From the NCBI GenBank assembly GCA_951406725.2, contig OX597815.1, positions 10,540,001 through 10,604,000 of the forward strand: 64,000 nucleotides of DNA, given 5' to 3'. The position numbers were made by a program, and so were the translations under genes. This stretch comes from Octopus vulgaris (lineage: Eukaryota). The notes below the pieces were generated by a model. It had not been told where the DNA came from. It was given only the letters and a program-made list of their open reading frames with translations, and ran no database searches. This document shows, piece by piece, positions 37,991 through 51,697 of the stretch (its first letter is position 1; every line of letters begins with the position of its first letter).

Positions 37991-38027
<37 letters not shown>

Positions 38028-38029
<2 letters not shown>

Positions 38030-38258
38030 CAAGGGTGCCAACACATGCGAGATCAATAGGATCGCTGCTGCAGAAGACCGTAGACAAGCCAGGAAGAACA
38101 GAGCTAACAACCCTGTAGCAGGTGCTACCATTCCCTGGCCACACTGTCAAAAACTCTTTCGGGCGCAGATTGGCCTCACTAGTCATCTGCGGACTCACAA
38201 AACATGCCCACCACCAGGATGACTTGATGGTCTTCGTCGCATCGACGGACAAACTACA
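38028..38258 (+). mobile_element. RTE LINE 3' end
   Basis: KGANTCEINRIAAAEDRRQARKNR...PHCQKLFRAQIGLTSHLRTH, then GATGGTCTTCGTCGCATCGACGGAC and (CA)n. Confidence 0.8.
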
Positions 38259-38259
38259 G

Positions 38260-38311
<52 letters not shown>

Positions 38312-38371
38312 GCACGTATATATATAATTAACACAAATATATATATACACATACGCATATATATATATATT

Positions 38372-38657
38372 ACGTGACTGACCAGGCTATCAGATGTTGC
38401 TACACATCGCTGGTCACAATGCGTTCGCATTGTTTTAGCCTTCGAATGACGCCACCCCCGTTGAGCACAACAGAAGAAGGAGTGAGAGAAAGAGTGGTGA
38501 AAGAGTACAGCAGGGATCGCCACCACCCCCTGCCGGATCCTCGTGGAACTTTTTAGGTGTTTTCGCTCAATAAACACACGCAACGCCCGGTCTGGGAATC
38601 GAAACCGCGATCCTGCGACCGCGAGTCCGCTGCCCTAATCACTGGGCCATTGCGCCT

Positions 38658-38659
<2 letters not shown>
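38372..38659 (-). mobile_element. SINE family B, tail type 2
   Basis: Matches 24203-24503. Confidence 0.85.
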
Positions 38660-38713
<54 letters not shown>

Positions 38714-38746
38714 GAGTGTGTATGTGTATGGAAAATAAATAAATAA

Positions 38747-38801
<55 letters not shown>

Positions 38802-39224
38802 ATATACATATATATGTAATCAATATATTAATGTAGTTTGTTAGTATATCCAGAGAAGACAAAGAAAAGCCCGTCCAACGATACACACTTATGTCTGCTG
38901 AGCAAAGTTAAGTTATAGTTTACATAAGATGTTCTTGTCTAAACATGTTGGCTTCATGGCGACTTCAACAGGATGTATATATATATATTTATATATGTAT
39001 GCGCATATGCACATACTTATGTATATATATGTACACCACACATGAATATATGTACGTACGTGTATGCCACCCCACGTACGTATATAGGTATACGTGTATG
39101 TGTGTGTATAAATGTGTGTATACTTTACAACAGTCGTGCTTGTAACAGATTTTGTAAGAAAGTGAATATATATATATGTGTGTGTGTGTATGTACTTACA
39201 TATATGCAAGTATGAATGTGTGTG

Positions 39225-39267
<43 letters not shown>

Positions 39268-39910
39268 TGTACATATGCACGCATATGTACATAAATAATT
39301 TTTATACACATGTTTGTGTTCACATACATACATACATACATACATACATAGATACATAAATACATAAATTCATAGGTAAACATATGTACGTATATATGTA
39401 GGTGTGCACTATAACTAGGTGGCAGCACGGTGACTCTAACATTAACTTAGTTTTCTTGTTCGTCATATCATGTGTCGATGTTAACACCAGGTAGATGGCA
39501 GCTCAGGTAAGTAGGATGGACAGGTTAATGGGTGTATGTGGTGCGGGATGGCGGTAGGGTTGTAGTGTGGTTAAGCCAGGTATTCTTAGCCACACACAGC
39601 TTGACACTCAAGGTGGATATCCTACAAGAACGACCTGCAGAAATCACATCAACGTGTTTATATGTTTATATGCATAGCCTCCTGCAACAATTATTTTAGT
39701 ACATACACATACTATAAATATCCGTCTGTCTGTCTGTCTACTTATCTCCCGCCTTTCTGCACTTTTCACACACACACACACACACACACACAAACGAACG
39801 CACATATACAGACACACACACTCCTACACATATACGCACACGCATAGGCATACAAATATATATATATATATACAGTATACACACACACATATATATACAT
39901 ACAAATATAC

Positions 39911-39950
<40 letters not shown>

Positions 39951-39958
39951 GCACAAAT

Positions 39959-39989
<31 letters not shown>

Positions 39990-40178
39990 CATGCAAATAT
40001 ACATTTATATATATATATATACACGCACACACACGCACAAACACACACACACACACACACTTATATACATACAAATATACATTTATATATATATATATAT
40101 ACACGCACACACACGCACAAACACACACACACACACATATATACATACAAATATACATTTATATATATATATATATAT

Positions 40179-40237
<59 letters not shown>

Positions 40238-40489
40238 CGCATACATACAACACACACACATACCTCTCTCTCTCTCCTTCTTTGTATACATACTTACAAA
40301 ACCAGGGGAGATTGTCACGCATACAATAACCGACCTATATTAATTCTTGATGTGAGGGAAGAAATCAATCTTATTACAATGGGACCCTAAACAATTTTCC
40401 ATTAATTCGTCTGCTTCCATCTCTTGAGTCTACCCTACCTATTCGCCTCCTTTCCCTTTGCTCTCCCCCTCCCCTCTCTCTCTCCTCTT

Positions 40490-40730
40490 TCGATCTACTA
40501 TAATACAAGCAGTCGTGGACAGCGAAGAAGGACTTTCTTACAACACCGTATTAACACTAACTATACCAGTGCCTGCAACTGAGCCCACGCTCCACGCTGC
40601 ACGGCTGTACAGTGGAGATCAAAGACCCGGCGCACGAACCCACGCTGGTCACAGTGGAGACCGTGGACCGACGGAGCTAGTCTAACGGAATCACAAATAG
40701 GAATTTCTTCTCCGTATGTTTACACAAAAG
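40490..40730 (+). other. Candidate host 5' exon
   Basis: Unique, relatively CpG-rich sequence after a CT-rich tract; ends ATGTTTACACAAAAG|GTATGT. Confidence 0.3.
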
Positions 40731-41255
40731 GTATGTCTTCACTTTCTTTCATTACGTCTCTTTCTCTCTCTCTCTCTCTCTCTTGCATCCGTCTTTTCTC
40801 CGAAGTTTGCTGCAAAACCATGCGGTTCCGCAAGCCGTCCTACTGTGCAAGATCTTGGTTCAGGTGTCTTTTACTGTTGCCCAATGCATTGTGAGTGGCA
40901 TTTGGTAAACGGGGGGGAAAGAGGAATGTATATGTGTAAAAAAAAAAAACATAATCTTATGTCAATGTGCGCATGTGATTGAGAGCGAGCCTTTTATGTT
41001 GTCATGTGTACCAGTGTGAAGCCGGTGTTTATGAAAATCTTTGAACGTGGTGACCAATAAAAGATTAGGAGGACAAACAAACAAACATTACGCCTGTTCT
41101 TTCTATCTTAACCTTCTAGTCTACCTCTTCTTTCTCTCTCCCCCTCTCTCTCTCTCTCTCTCTCTCTCCCTTTCTCTTTCTCTTTCGGATACGCACGCAT
41201 ACACTCATACATATACATACATATATCTGTGTGTGTATGTGTGTGTGCGCGCGTG

Positions 41256-41333
<78 letters not shown>

Positions 41334-41518
41334 TATATATATGTATGTATATATGTTTGTATATATGTATGTATGTATGTATGTATATATGTATGAATGT
41401 ATATATGTATGTATATGTATGTATGTATATGTATGTATGTATGTATGTATATGTATGTATATATGTATGAATGTATATATGTATGTATATATGTATTTAT
41501 GCATATATGTATGTATGT

Positions 41519-41889
41519 GTGGCTGTGTGGTAAGTAGCTTGTTAACCAACCACATGGTTCCGGGTTCAGTCCCACTGCGTGGCATCTTGGGCAAGTGCTT
41601 TCTGCTATAGCCCCTTGCCAACCAATACCTTGTGAGTGGATTTGGTAGACGGAAACTGAAAGAAGCCTGCCGTATATATGTGTCTGTGTGTGTGTGTGTG
41701 TGTGTCTAGCATTGACAACCGATGCTGGTGTGTTTACGTCCCCGTCACTTAGCGGTTCGGCAAAAGAGACCGATAGAATAAGTACTGGGCTTACGAAGAA
41801 TAAGTCGCGGGGTCGATTTGCTTGACTAAAGGCGGTGCTCCAGCATGGCCGCAGTCAAATGAGAGAAACAAGTAAAAGAGTAAAAGAGT
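41519..41889 (+). mobile_element. SINE family C
   Basis: Matches 30660-31057. Confidence 0.85.
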
Positions 41890-42088
41890 ATGTATATATA
41901 TATATGTATGTATATATATATATGTATGTATGTATATATGTATGTATGTATATGTATGTATATATATATATATATGTTTATATGTTTATATATACATATA
42001 TGTATACCAAAAAGGAGCCACTTATACTATAATGTGTGTGGTATATCTTAATATATTAATATATCATTGTAGTAACATTTTGTATTGA

Positions 42089-42137
<49 letters not shown>

Positions 42138-42179
42138 ATGTATGTGTGTGTGCGTGTGTGTGTGTATAGGTATATATGT

Positions 42180-42650
42180 ATTCTTTTATTCTTTTACATG
42201 TCTCAGTCATTTCACTGCGACCATGCTGGAGCTCACCGCCATGAAGAGTCTTAGTCGAACAAATCGACCCCGGGACTTATTTTTTAAAGCCTAGTGTTTG
42301 TTCTGTTGGTCCCTTTTGCTGAACTGCTAATGTTGCGGATACGTAAACACACCAACACCGGTTGTCAAGCGGTGATGGGGGTGGCAAACACCGACAGAAA
42401 GAAATATACACACACACATACACACATATACATACATACAAACATACACATATATATATATATGTATGTATGTATGTATGTATATGTATATATATATGTG
42501 TGTATATATACACGATGGGCTTCTTTTAGTTTCCGGCAACCAAATTCACTCACAAAGCTTTGGTCGGCCCGAGGCTATAGAAGGTGGTAAGCAGTAGAAC
42601 TGAACCCGTAACCATGTGGTTGGAAAGGAAACTTCTTAACACACCCCCAC
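42180..42650 (-). mobile_element. SINE family C, diverged
   Basis: Reverse match to both halves with an internal microsatellite. Confidence 0.7.
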
Positions 42651-44137
42651 ATCTACACCTCTGTATATGTATGTGCATGTAGGTATATACACACACACAT
42701 ACAAACACACACACACACACACACACATACATACATACATACATACATACATACATACATACATACATACATACATACATACATACACATATATAATATA
42801 TATATATATAACAATTAAGGATAAAATCTTAATAAGAAATCTTAACAAGAAATTATCAGGTAGTTAGCGTGAAAAACCTCATAAGAGAAAAATCTGAAAA
42901 GTTTTTCACTTGAAAATATTTATTTATATACGTTAATTGCGAAATCACAGGTGATCTGGATCTAAATTCTGTTTCTAAATGTCTTGCCTCGAGAGCTGTA
43001 TTCGGTACGATTCGTTTATTTTTGGTAGTAGTGACTTTGAAAGTCCCTCCTAGCGTGTGGCATTTATGTGTAATAATGCCCTCTATATAATATATATATG
43101 ATACCTTTTATATATATATGCATGTATGATACCTTTTCTCCCTTTATTATTTACATCGATTTTCTTCATTAGTCACAAGTAAACTCCCCACTCCATACAC
43201 ACACACAGACACACACACTCTACATTCTATAAGAAAGACGCAATTATGATATTGATGATATTGATCTCCGATAAATAATATTCAATACATTAGCTATTTT
43301 GTTAAAATACGAGTTAAAATAAGAAAGATGTCAGTCATGCGAAAGGTGTCAGTCTACCAATGCTGGGGATTGAACTTACAAGTACGAGCGTTGTGAAATT
43401 AATTAAAAATTGATTTCCAACAGTGGCACAAAGTCACCTCTTCAAATGGTCCCACCACGCCGATAATGGGCGAGATATAGTCATTTACACCACGTGGTAT
43501 AGCTGACATCTTGGAAAACTCAAGGCAAAGTTTACAGGTGGTATTTGGAATTACAATGTAAATGATTGTAACTAAATACTGAAACTGTAACGATTCTTTC
43601 AATATGCGTTTATTCTTTATACTGTACTCAGACAGAAAGTAGATATTTGTGGTGTTGTAGTGTTTATTTTTCTACCAAAATATAAAAGAGTAAAGACATG
43701 AATAACCATAGAATTGTACCTAGAAAGTTACCCTCCGAGGCACAAATCTGGGCAACGTTGTTTATGGAAGACCAGCCGTCACCCATGCATACCAGCCTCC
43801 TCTCTTCATGCCACTTGTGCTATCCAAGGGTAAGGCAAAGGGGCCGATACGGCTTGGCACCAGTGACGTCGCAACCCATTTCTACAGCTGATTGTGAGCC
43901 CGAAAATCTAACCACTGATCTATGCGCCTTCACCGAATGTATTTATGCGCCTCCCAAAATATATCTACAGTAGAAATGGAATTCATTCCTATCAGGGAAG
44001 AGTTGAAAGCCTGTCTCAATCTCGATCCACGAGGCTCCTATGTCTTTCTATTGGGTTAACTATGGTTAAGGCATCTCTTTTCATCTGACATCTAATTTTA
44101 CCGTCCAATGTTCGGTAAGAGATAAGCTGTAAGCATA

Positions 44138-44350
44138 CATGAAGCATGGAACAAACTGCCGGCATCAGTCGTTAGTTGTTGGAGCACTGCATCCTTCAAA
44201 ACTTCCATGCTTCCTGAGATTCGCCAGCACTACACCTGATTTTCTCCCCTCCATACACACGCAAGCATGTATCTGACTCATACACTGCATATACTGTATA
44301 CGCACTTTTGACAAGTTTTGGTGCACCTGAGCACTGTATGCAATGATTTC
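44138..44350 (+). mobile_element. CR1/L2-type LINE 3' end with (ATT)n tail
   Basis: EAWNKLPASVVSCWSTASFKTSML..* followed by 3' UTR. Confidence 0.7.
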
Positions 44351-44366
44351 ATTATTATTATTATTA

Positions 44367-44422
<56 letters not shown>

Positions 44423-47400
44423 ATCCACAGCAGCAGGGCTTCATATCTAGGTGACGATCCTTACAATTCCAAAAACTCCATGCAATCTTATTTAGATTTA
44501 CATTTTAGTCTGTGGCATTGCATCTATATAGTGAGATGTGGGTTGTGGTTGTGCAGCTTCAGGTCAGTTTTGATCAAACATTCCTATATTTAGGACTAAA
44601 TTTAACCCATTGATCCGCGTTCCCAGCTAAACCAAGTCTCAGTCAAGCTTAGGGCAATAATGCACATTTCGACATTCAGTAATGAATCATACAGTGTGGC
44701 GGTCTGCTCGTATCACCCTCTCTTCACTATCCAGTTCCAGTCTATTTTTATATACCGGTAAATTTTGGTGGTAACCACAGTAGAAGTGTACCAGGAGGAT
44801 CCAGTTTGAGTGTGGCCGTTGCCATTTCTCTGAACGTATTGCTTCGAGCTAATGATGGCGATTAAGGTTGCAGTTATTTCTGTTTGTATGCTTCTTTTAT
44901 GTAGCATATGTAAAAAAAAAATCTTGTCTATGTGCGCATGTGAGTGAGACCGAGCGTTTTTGTTGTCATGTGTACCAGTGTCAAGCTGGTGTTTATGAAA
45001 ATCTTTGAACGTGGTGACCAGTAAAAGATTAGAAGAACAATCTAATCTTTTAGGGATGAGAGTGGGGGAATGATGCTTTTAGCGTGGAGCTGTGATAACG
45101 TATTTTGAGTAATACTCTACCTCTAGTAGCTGGAGGGATAGAGTTCGTATCATGATGTAGCAGAATTCAAGGGATGATGTATACATATTACAGTATTTGG
45201 AGATGAGTTTAAATGTAGATGCGGTGGCTGTGAGAGTTGAAGTTTGCTACGGTCATGTCTAACGAAAAGTCTACGTAAAAGATTTAGTCCTTTTCCAGAA
45301 ATTACTTACTTTAGGAGATAAGTACAATACTACGAAACACCTGTCCACATTATAGAATACTCAGGCTAAAGTGGGAGAGCTCCTATATGGTCTTTTGATC
45401 TAACACAAATTATACCCTAATCTACCCATACCCAATCAGTTCTTGCTAGTTAATGTAGTCCTAGGCGTCTGAAAATAGGAGGTGGGTAGTCTCAATGCTA
45501 AAACGCTTTTGACTCAAAATTCTTAAATACTCTTTAAGAACAGGGTAGGTAATTTAATGAACTTATCTAAATCCGTAGAAAATAAAATTTTCGTGCCTAA
45601 GGGCAAAAACTGATCTTTGCTACTAAGCGAAGTGACTGCTACGGATATGCTTCGGTCTTATTAAATTTCATTAGTTTTCTCAAATATGCTTTTACCAGTG
45701 AATAGAGTCTAGAACAAGATCTTTGTCTCTCTCTCTCCATCTGATCCCCTTCCTCTCCAATTTCCCCAATTCCTCCTTCTGAAACGAATGAGTATCAATA
45801 AAAGGCATTCAACAATTTTAAAGCTCTTTAGCTTATATCAGAACATACCCAAATTTTCTTGTTACACAGGGAATTAGTAACGTGAAGGAATTCCAAGATA
45901 TAATAGTTGGAGAAGCGAAAAACTTCACATTGGTCTTAATATATACTTCTGCTGACAGGTGATACATGTATGTCGGCAAACTTGGGCTTTTGACATATTC
46001 GTTTTGCTAGGTTAAAATATGGTCGTTAATCATTCGTGAATTTGATTTTCTTGTTCATGATTATCAACTGAGGTTGTCGTTATCTTATTTACTTATATTG
46101 TAACCCATTTCACCATCTGATTGTAATGTTAAAGAGAGAGTTTTATTTTCCTTTTGTCTGCTGAGAATATTTAAAAATCATCCCCAACTCTCTTTTGTCA
46201 GTCATACGTAACTGAGTTCATGATTCAAAATATGAGGTAATAATGGAGTTTTTTTTTGTGTAGGTATGAAACTAAGGCTATCAAGAAGTAAGTAAATGTT
46301 ATATTGTGACATAACGATTCGCTCATTTGATTCAACCTCCACGTATAAATTCCTCGCGTTAAGTACTTCGCTGGATGCCTTATCGTCTGACACCCACTCT
46401 CTGCACACGTAATCTTTTAACGTCATCTAGAAGTTCAAGCTACTGTTACTCTCATCAATCTAAGAAAGATCGCAATACTCATGAATATTGCACTCCTACT
46501 CGGAATAAATAATTAAAAAAAAAGAGCATGTATCAAGTTAGAAATTTAAATCCAGTGCTGTTTTTGTAACCTCGATTGTATAATTCTGTTCTGTGTTCAC
46601 ACAATTGTATGGTTTATACAAGCATGGCGAATACTGTATAACTCCGAACTCTAATGTGTTCACAAAGTAGTTAAATAGTTTGCCCAGGCCGCAGCAGATA
46701 TGGTAACTTTGTGTGATATTAGGATTCTTTATAGTTCCATTATCTGTGGGACTGATTTTGATTTTCATCACACCGGATTCGCTAAAAACAAGTATGTGCC
46801 CTTATTTCAAATGGAGTTGATCATATCGCCTACCTTATAAACGGGTAACTTTGTGCCAAACTTAGAACTCGATATTTTATCCAGAACTAGTTATCAGTGA
46901 GTTATTTTCGCGATCCATTTTGTTTACCAAATGTAGTAATACCGCTTTAATTAGAATACAATCCTTCAGAGAAAAGCATTTACATCATTTTATTCTGCCT
47001 CACGGAAAATCTAACAGTTGATTTCTATAATTTATCAAAATCAAGAAATGGCAACACATTACAGGTTTATAATAATCGATTCGCTTTCTAAACACTGATA
47101 CAGATACTACTGCTTGATGCTGGGTACCATAACATCTCGAATCTTTGGGGCATCGTTGAAGATTGAGTATCTGTAAAATGAGACGAAGCCTAATTAGCTT
47201 ACCAGCGTCCATCTGGCGTTTTGTAGTAACCCTTCACTAAAATATGGTGAAACAATATTCATCAGATCACGACGCATCTGCTCTTTACAACAAATTAGAT
47301 TTGCGCATCAGATACCAATTTAATAAGATGATATATAGTGATTTATAAATTATACAGATATTATAAACAGACATTGAGTTTCCAGTTGAAGTCTTTTCTT

Positions 47401-47713
47401 CTTTGAATTCAGACGAGACCCATATCTCAAAGAATTATAGGCTTATCACTTCCCTATTCACTTCATATAAATTGCTTATGTCTATCATAAGAGAACATAT
47501 ATACATTTCTACAAAATAATATATTTCCTTTTGAACAAAAAGGCTGTAAAAGAGGTTCATATAACTGCAAAAGTCAAACTTCCCATCAACAAAATGATAC
47601 TTGAAAATACATCATGACAGGAAATGAAATCTAAGCACTGTATGGATAGATTATTGAAAGGCCTTCAAAAGTGTACCTCACTTTTGGATTATCCAGGCAA
47701 CATTAGAAATATA

Positions 47714-47988
47714 GGATCTTTTCCCTTTCAACTGCAGATCGAGAAATTAATTTTTTGTAACTAAACACTTTCAAACTTCGGACACTGGTAGAATGTGTCA
47801 TATAAAATATCTTTTACTCTTAGTGTTGTTGAGAAAAGTTTCTATTTTCAAAGTTATTTCGTGTTAAAGTTCTCGTATTTCAGTAATTTCAACCAATCAA
47901 TGACGTGTATTCAGCTGAATAAAATTACTGCCGTTGTTTGTCAACAACAACTATCGGCGATGCATATTTCATTTGTCACTGTTATTTA
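47714..47988. mobile_element. One-ended relative of the GGATC MITE
   Basis: GGATCTTTTCCCTTTCAACTGCAG, GTAACTAAACACTTTCAAACTTCG and TTTCAACCAATCAATGACG shared with 56347-56793. Confidence 0.7.
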
Positions 47989-48305
47989 ATCTCTTCTTTC
48001 AAATGAAAGAAGAGATTAAAAGTGAGTACAGAAAAATAAGGCTTATCTTTAATACGGACTTAACTCACCAAACTGATTTAAGGCAATGAATAGTCTAGAG
48101 ATGCCAGTTGTTCCATAAAGCTTCAACATAATTAATTGGACTCACCAAGACATCAAAAGGATGGATGTGAACACCAGAAGACATCTCACATCACATAACA
48201 TGTCCTATCCTAAAGCTGATATTGGATGTCTGTAGCTCCCTACTAATTAATGCAGGCGGCAAAGGGATCGTTTCACTTGAAATGTTCTTTAAGATAATTA
48301 TGATC

Positions 48306-48909
48306 GGCGAGCTGGCAGAAACGTTAGCACGCCGGGCGAAATGCTTTGTGGTATTTCGTCCGCCGCTTCCGTTCTGAGTTCAAATTCCGCCGAGGTCGAC
48401 TTTGCCTTTCATCCTTTCGGGGTCGATAAATTAAATACCAGTTACGCACTGGGGTCGATATAATCGACTTAATCCGTTTGTCTGTACTTGTTTGTTCCCT
48501 TCATGTTTAGCCCCTTGTGGGCAATAAAGAAATAGGTATTTCGTCTGCCGCTACGTTCTGAGTTCAAATTCCGCCGAGGTCGACTTTGCCTTTCATCATT
48601 TCGGGGTCGATTAAATAAGTACCAGTTTCGCACTGGGGTCGGTATAATCGACTTAATCCGTTTGTCTGTCCTTGTTTGTCCCCTCTGTGTTTAGCCCTTT
48701 GGGAGTAGTAAAGAAATAGATATTTCGTCTGCCGCTACGTTCTGAGTTTAAATTCCACCGAGGTCGACTTTGCCTTTCATCCTTTTGGGGTCGATTAAAT
48801 AAGTACCAGTTACGCACTGGAGTTGATATAATCGACTTAATCCGTTTGTCAGTCCTTGTTTGTCCCCTCTGTGTTTAGCCCCTTGTGGGCAGTAAAGAAA
48901 TAAAAAGAA
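48306..48909 (+). mobile_element. Trimeric family A SINE with TSD
   Basis: AATTATGATCGGC at 48296-48308 and 48910-48922; units at 48351, 48536 and 48720. Confidence 0.9.
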
Positions 48910-49590
48910 AATTATGATCGGCCTTGAAGTATACCATGATACCTCAGCTGACTGGACGATGGTCTTGGTAAATAAAAAATTATATAATTAAAAAGTCAAA
49001 GTACTCTATTACAGAAGAGGTTAAAGAGCTTAAATACTATCTCAATTTAGATAATATGGACATCAAAACTAGAGAAACCTCACGAAGCCAAGCTGCAAAA
49101 CTAATCGAAAGAAAAGCAAAACAGAATGTTTTTGATCAAGCAAAACAACGCTGGAGAGATAAATCCTTATATAACTGATGACCAGCACGCACCAACGAAG
49201 CTGTTGTTGATTTATTACCCATTAATGTCTGGGGAGTACTCGGTTAAATGCAACAATTGAAGGGATGATTGTCGCAGCTCAACATCAATCTTTATCAATT
49301 CGCAATTACAAAGTAAACATACCAAGAAATAGAACAGGTTCAAAGTGTAGGTTGTGCCATACTCAGAAATGATCGACCACCTTGTCCCTGGACGTTCTTT
49401 AGTGACTGCGAACGAGTGTAAAAACATACACGACCAGATTGGGCGCATGGTGGATTAGTTGATAGCAAATATCAATTCAAATGTCACTAACGGAACATTG
49501 GAATTCAGAAGGTAAAGAGCTTAGTTCAAATACTGTTAAGCATCTTGTACGATGCGCTCGATAGTGCAGAAATGTAGAAACCCAAGTGTA

Positions 49591-49983
49591 TGTATATGGA
49601 AGCACTCCGTCGGTTACGACGATGAGGGTTCCGGTTGATCCGAATCAACGGAACAGCCTGCTCGTGAAATTAACGTTTAAGTGGCTGAGCACTCCACAGA
49701 CACGTGCACCCTTAACGTAGTTCTCGGGGATATTCAGCGTGACACAGAGAGTGACAAGGCCGGCCCTTTGAAATACAGGTACAACAGAAACAGGAAGTAA
49801 GAGTGAGAGAAAGTCGTGGTGAAAGAGTACAGCAGGGATCACCACCATCCCCTGCCAGAGCCTCGTGGAGCTTTTAGGTGTTTTCGCTCAATAAACACTC
49901 ACAACGCCCGGTCTGGGAATCGAAACCGCGATCCTATGACTGCGAGTCCGCTGCCCTAACCACTGGGCCATTGCGCCTCCACT
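49591..49983 (-). mobile_element. SINE family B, tail type 1
   Basis: Near-identical to 3023-3404; 13-bp TSD AAACCCAAGTGTA. Confidence 0.9.
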
Positions 49984-50247
49984 AAACCCAAGTGTAACTG
50001 TATCGGTAAAAAATAAAAATGAAAAAAATGTGCTCGTTCTGCAAGGATTTCTTCTGTATCTATTCTGTGCGTGTTTGTGTGGGTTTTGCAAGCGAAGTAA
50101 ATATCGCTCAACAAATACAATAATGCCTCTATATTTTAATCTGAAGCACCGTGATTAGTTGATAGCGATTTCACAATGTTGATTTCCAATAATATTAATG
50201 TGCTAGTGTACATTGTCAAGGGGTTAATTAAAGGGAAAGTCAAACAG

Positions 50248-50307
<60 letters not shown>

Positions 50308-50412
50308 GCAAAGAGAGTTGCAGTTCTGCTAACAAGAGACAGAGATAGCTATTATGTCAAGTGATTGAATGCAAAGTTTCCGGAAGAGATGAAGAAAAAA
50401 GAGATAGATAGA

Positions 50413-50491
<79 letters not shown>

Positions 50492-51167
50492 GAAGTGTGC
50501 TTACTGACGGAGAAGGGTATACGCGAGAGTAGATGCAAGGGAACGCCGCTACAAACACAACCTCACGTACAACTAAACACACATGTTTGAAGGGTATCTA
50601 TAAATTTCAATCCATCTTATTGTTTTCAAAATAAACCATGATATTTTAACGGGTATTTTTTGTAAACAGGAAGCATTAAATTGAACTATAGATGCACCAA
50701 AAACTTCGTCCTTTCCATAGCCAGTACAAACACGCACACCAGAACACTATCCAAATTATATCTAAAACTTAAGGAATGATATTGACGTGTTAATCTACCT
50801 ACGACATTAATGTCTTCAGAAAATGTGATCTTTGCTTCCTATCACGGCCTTTTGCAATATTGAGTAAAATATTGGAATTCGTGAATTCTTTCAGACACAT
50901 CCGTCGAAATATATAAAGTATTTTCCTCTAAATAGATTTTCAATACCATCAAAGATCATCACGTATTGGAAAGAAACAAACATCCATTTACTCACCAACA
51001 CTAAAAGTGCATTAAAAAGTGGTTCCGGGTTCAGTCCCACTGCGTGGCACCTTGGGCAAGTGTCTTCTACTATAGTTTCGGGCCGACCAAAGCCTTGTGA
51101 GTGGATTTGGTAGGTGGAAACTGAAAGAAACCAGTCGTATATATATAAATATATATATATATATATG

Positions 51168-51653
51168 TAAGTGAAGAAAATGGATATAATAACCATGGGA
51201 AACTCATGGTTTACGCTGGTATGTCTTTAATTAAATAGGTAACAAAGAAGTAAGAAGCAGAGATGTGGGTGGCATAAGAATTACCAGTTTTTTTTTACAT
51301 TTCCATCTCATATGTATCAATCATTTTCACATTCTAACCGATGCATCTATCTATACTCGCATTCTGAAGAGATTTACTTAAACCAGTAAATCGAAACGAT
51401 CGTAAATGCTATCCTCATCTCTACTTCTTCCTTCTTTGTTACCTATTTAATTAAAGACATACCAGCGTAAACCACGAGTTTCCCATTGTTATTATATCCA
51501 TTTTCTTCTCTTATATAATCTAAACTCCGGTTTACCAACCGAACCTCTTGTTACCGTGCAATCTTACAAAAGACTGTACCTACCCAGGTAATATCCAGGA
51601 GTGACTCTGGATTTAATTATCCCTTAGAGGTGTTAAACTCCTCTACTTTGATA

Positions 51654-51656
<3 letters not shown>
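51168..51656 (+). mobile_element. Penelope-like pLTR element with about 98-bp inverted repeat
   Basis: 51168-51265 is the reverse complement of 51416-51513; hammerhead lies between; (TA)n on both sides. Confidence 0.7.
51359..51409 (+). ncRNA. Type I minimal hammerhead ribozyme, canonical core
   Basis: GCATT-CTGAAGA-GATTTACT-TAAACC-AGTAAATC-GAAA-CGATCG-TA-AATGC; all stems perfect; predicted cleavage after GUA (51404). Confidence 0.9.

Positions 51657-51697
<41 letters not shown>

Larger units (their letters stand above)
47410..49450 (+). mobile_element. Old Dong/R4-like copy interrupted by a MITE fragment and a SINE trimer
   Basis: KNYRLITSL, FPFEQKGCKRGSYNCK, INKMILE, WIDY*KAFKSVPH, SFNIINWT, YPKADI, EMIDHLVPG; colinear with the 10080-13899 protein. 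Confidence 0.8.
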
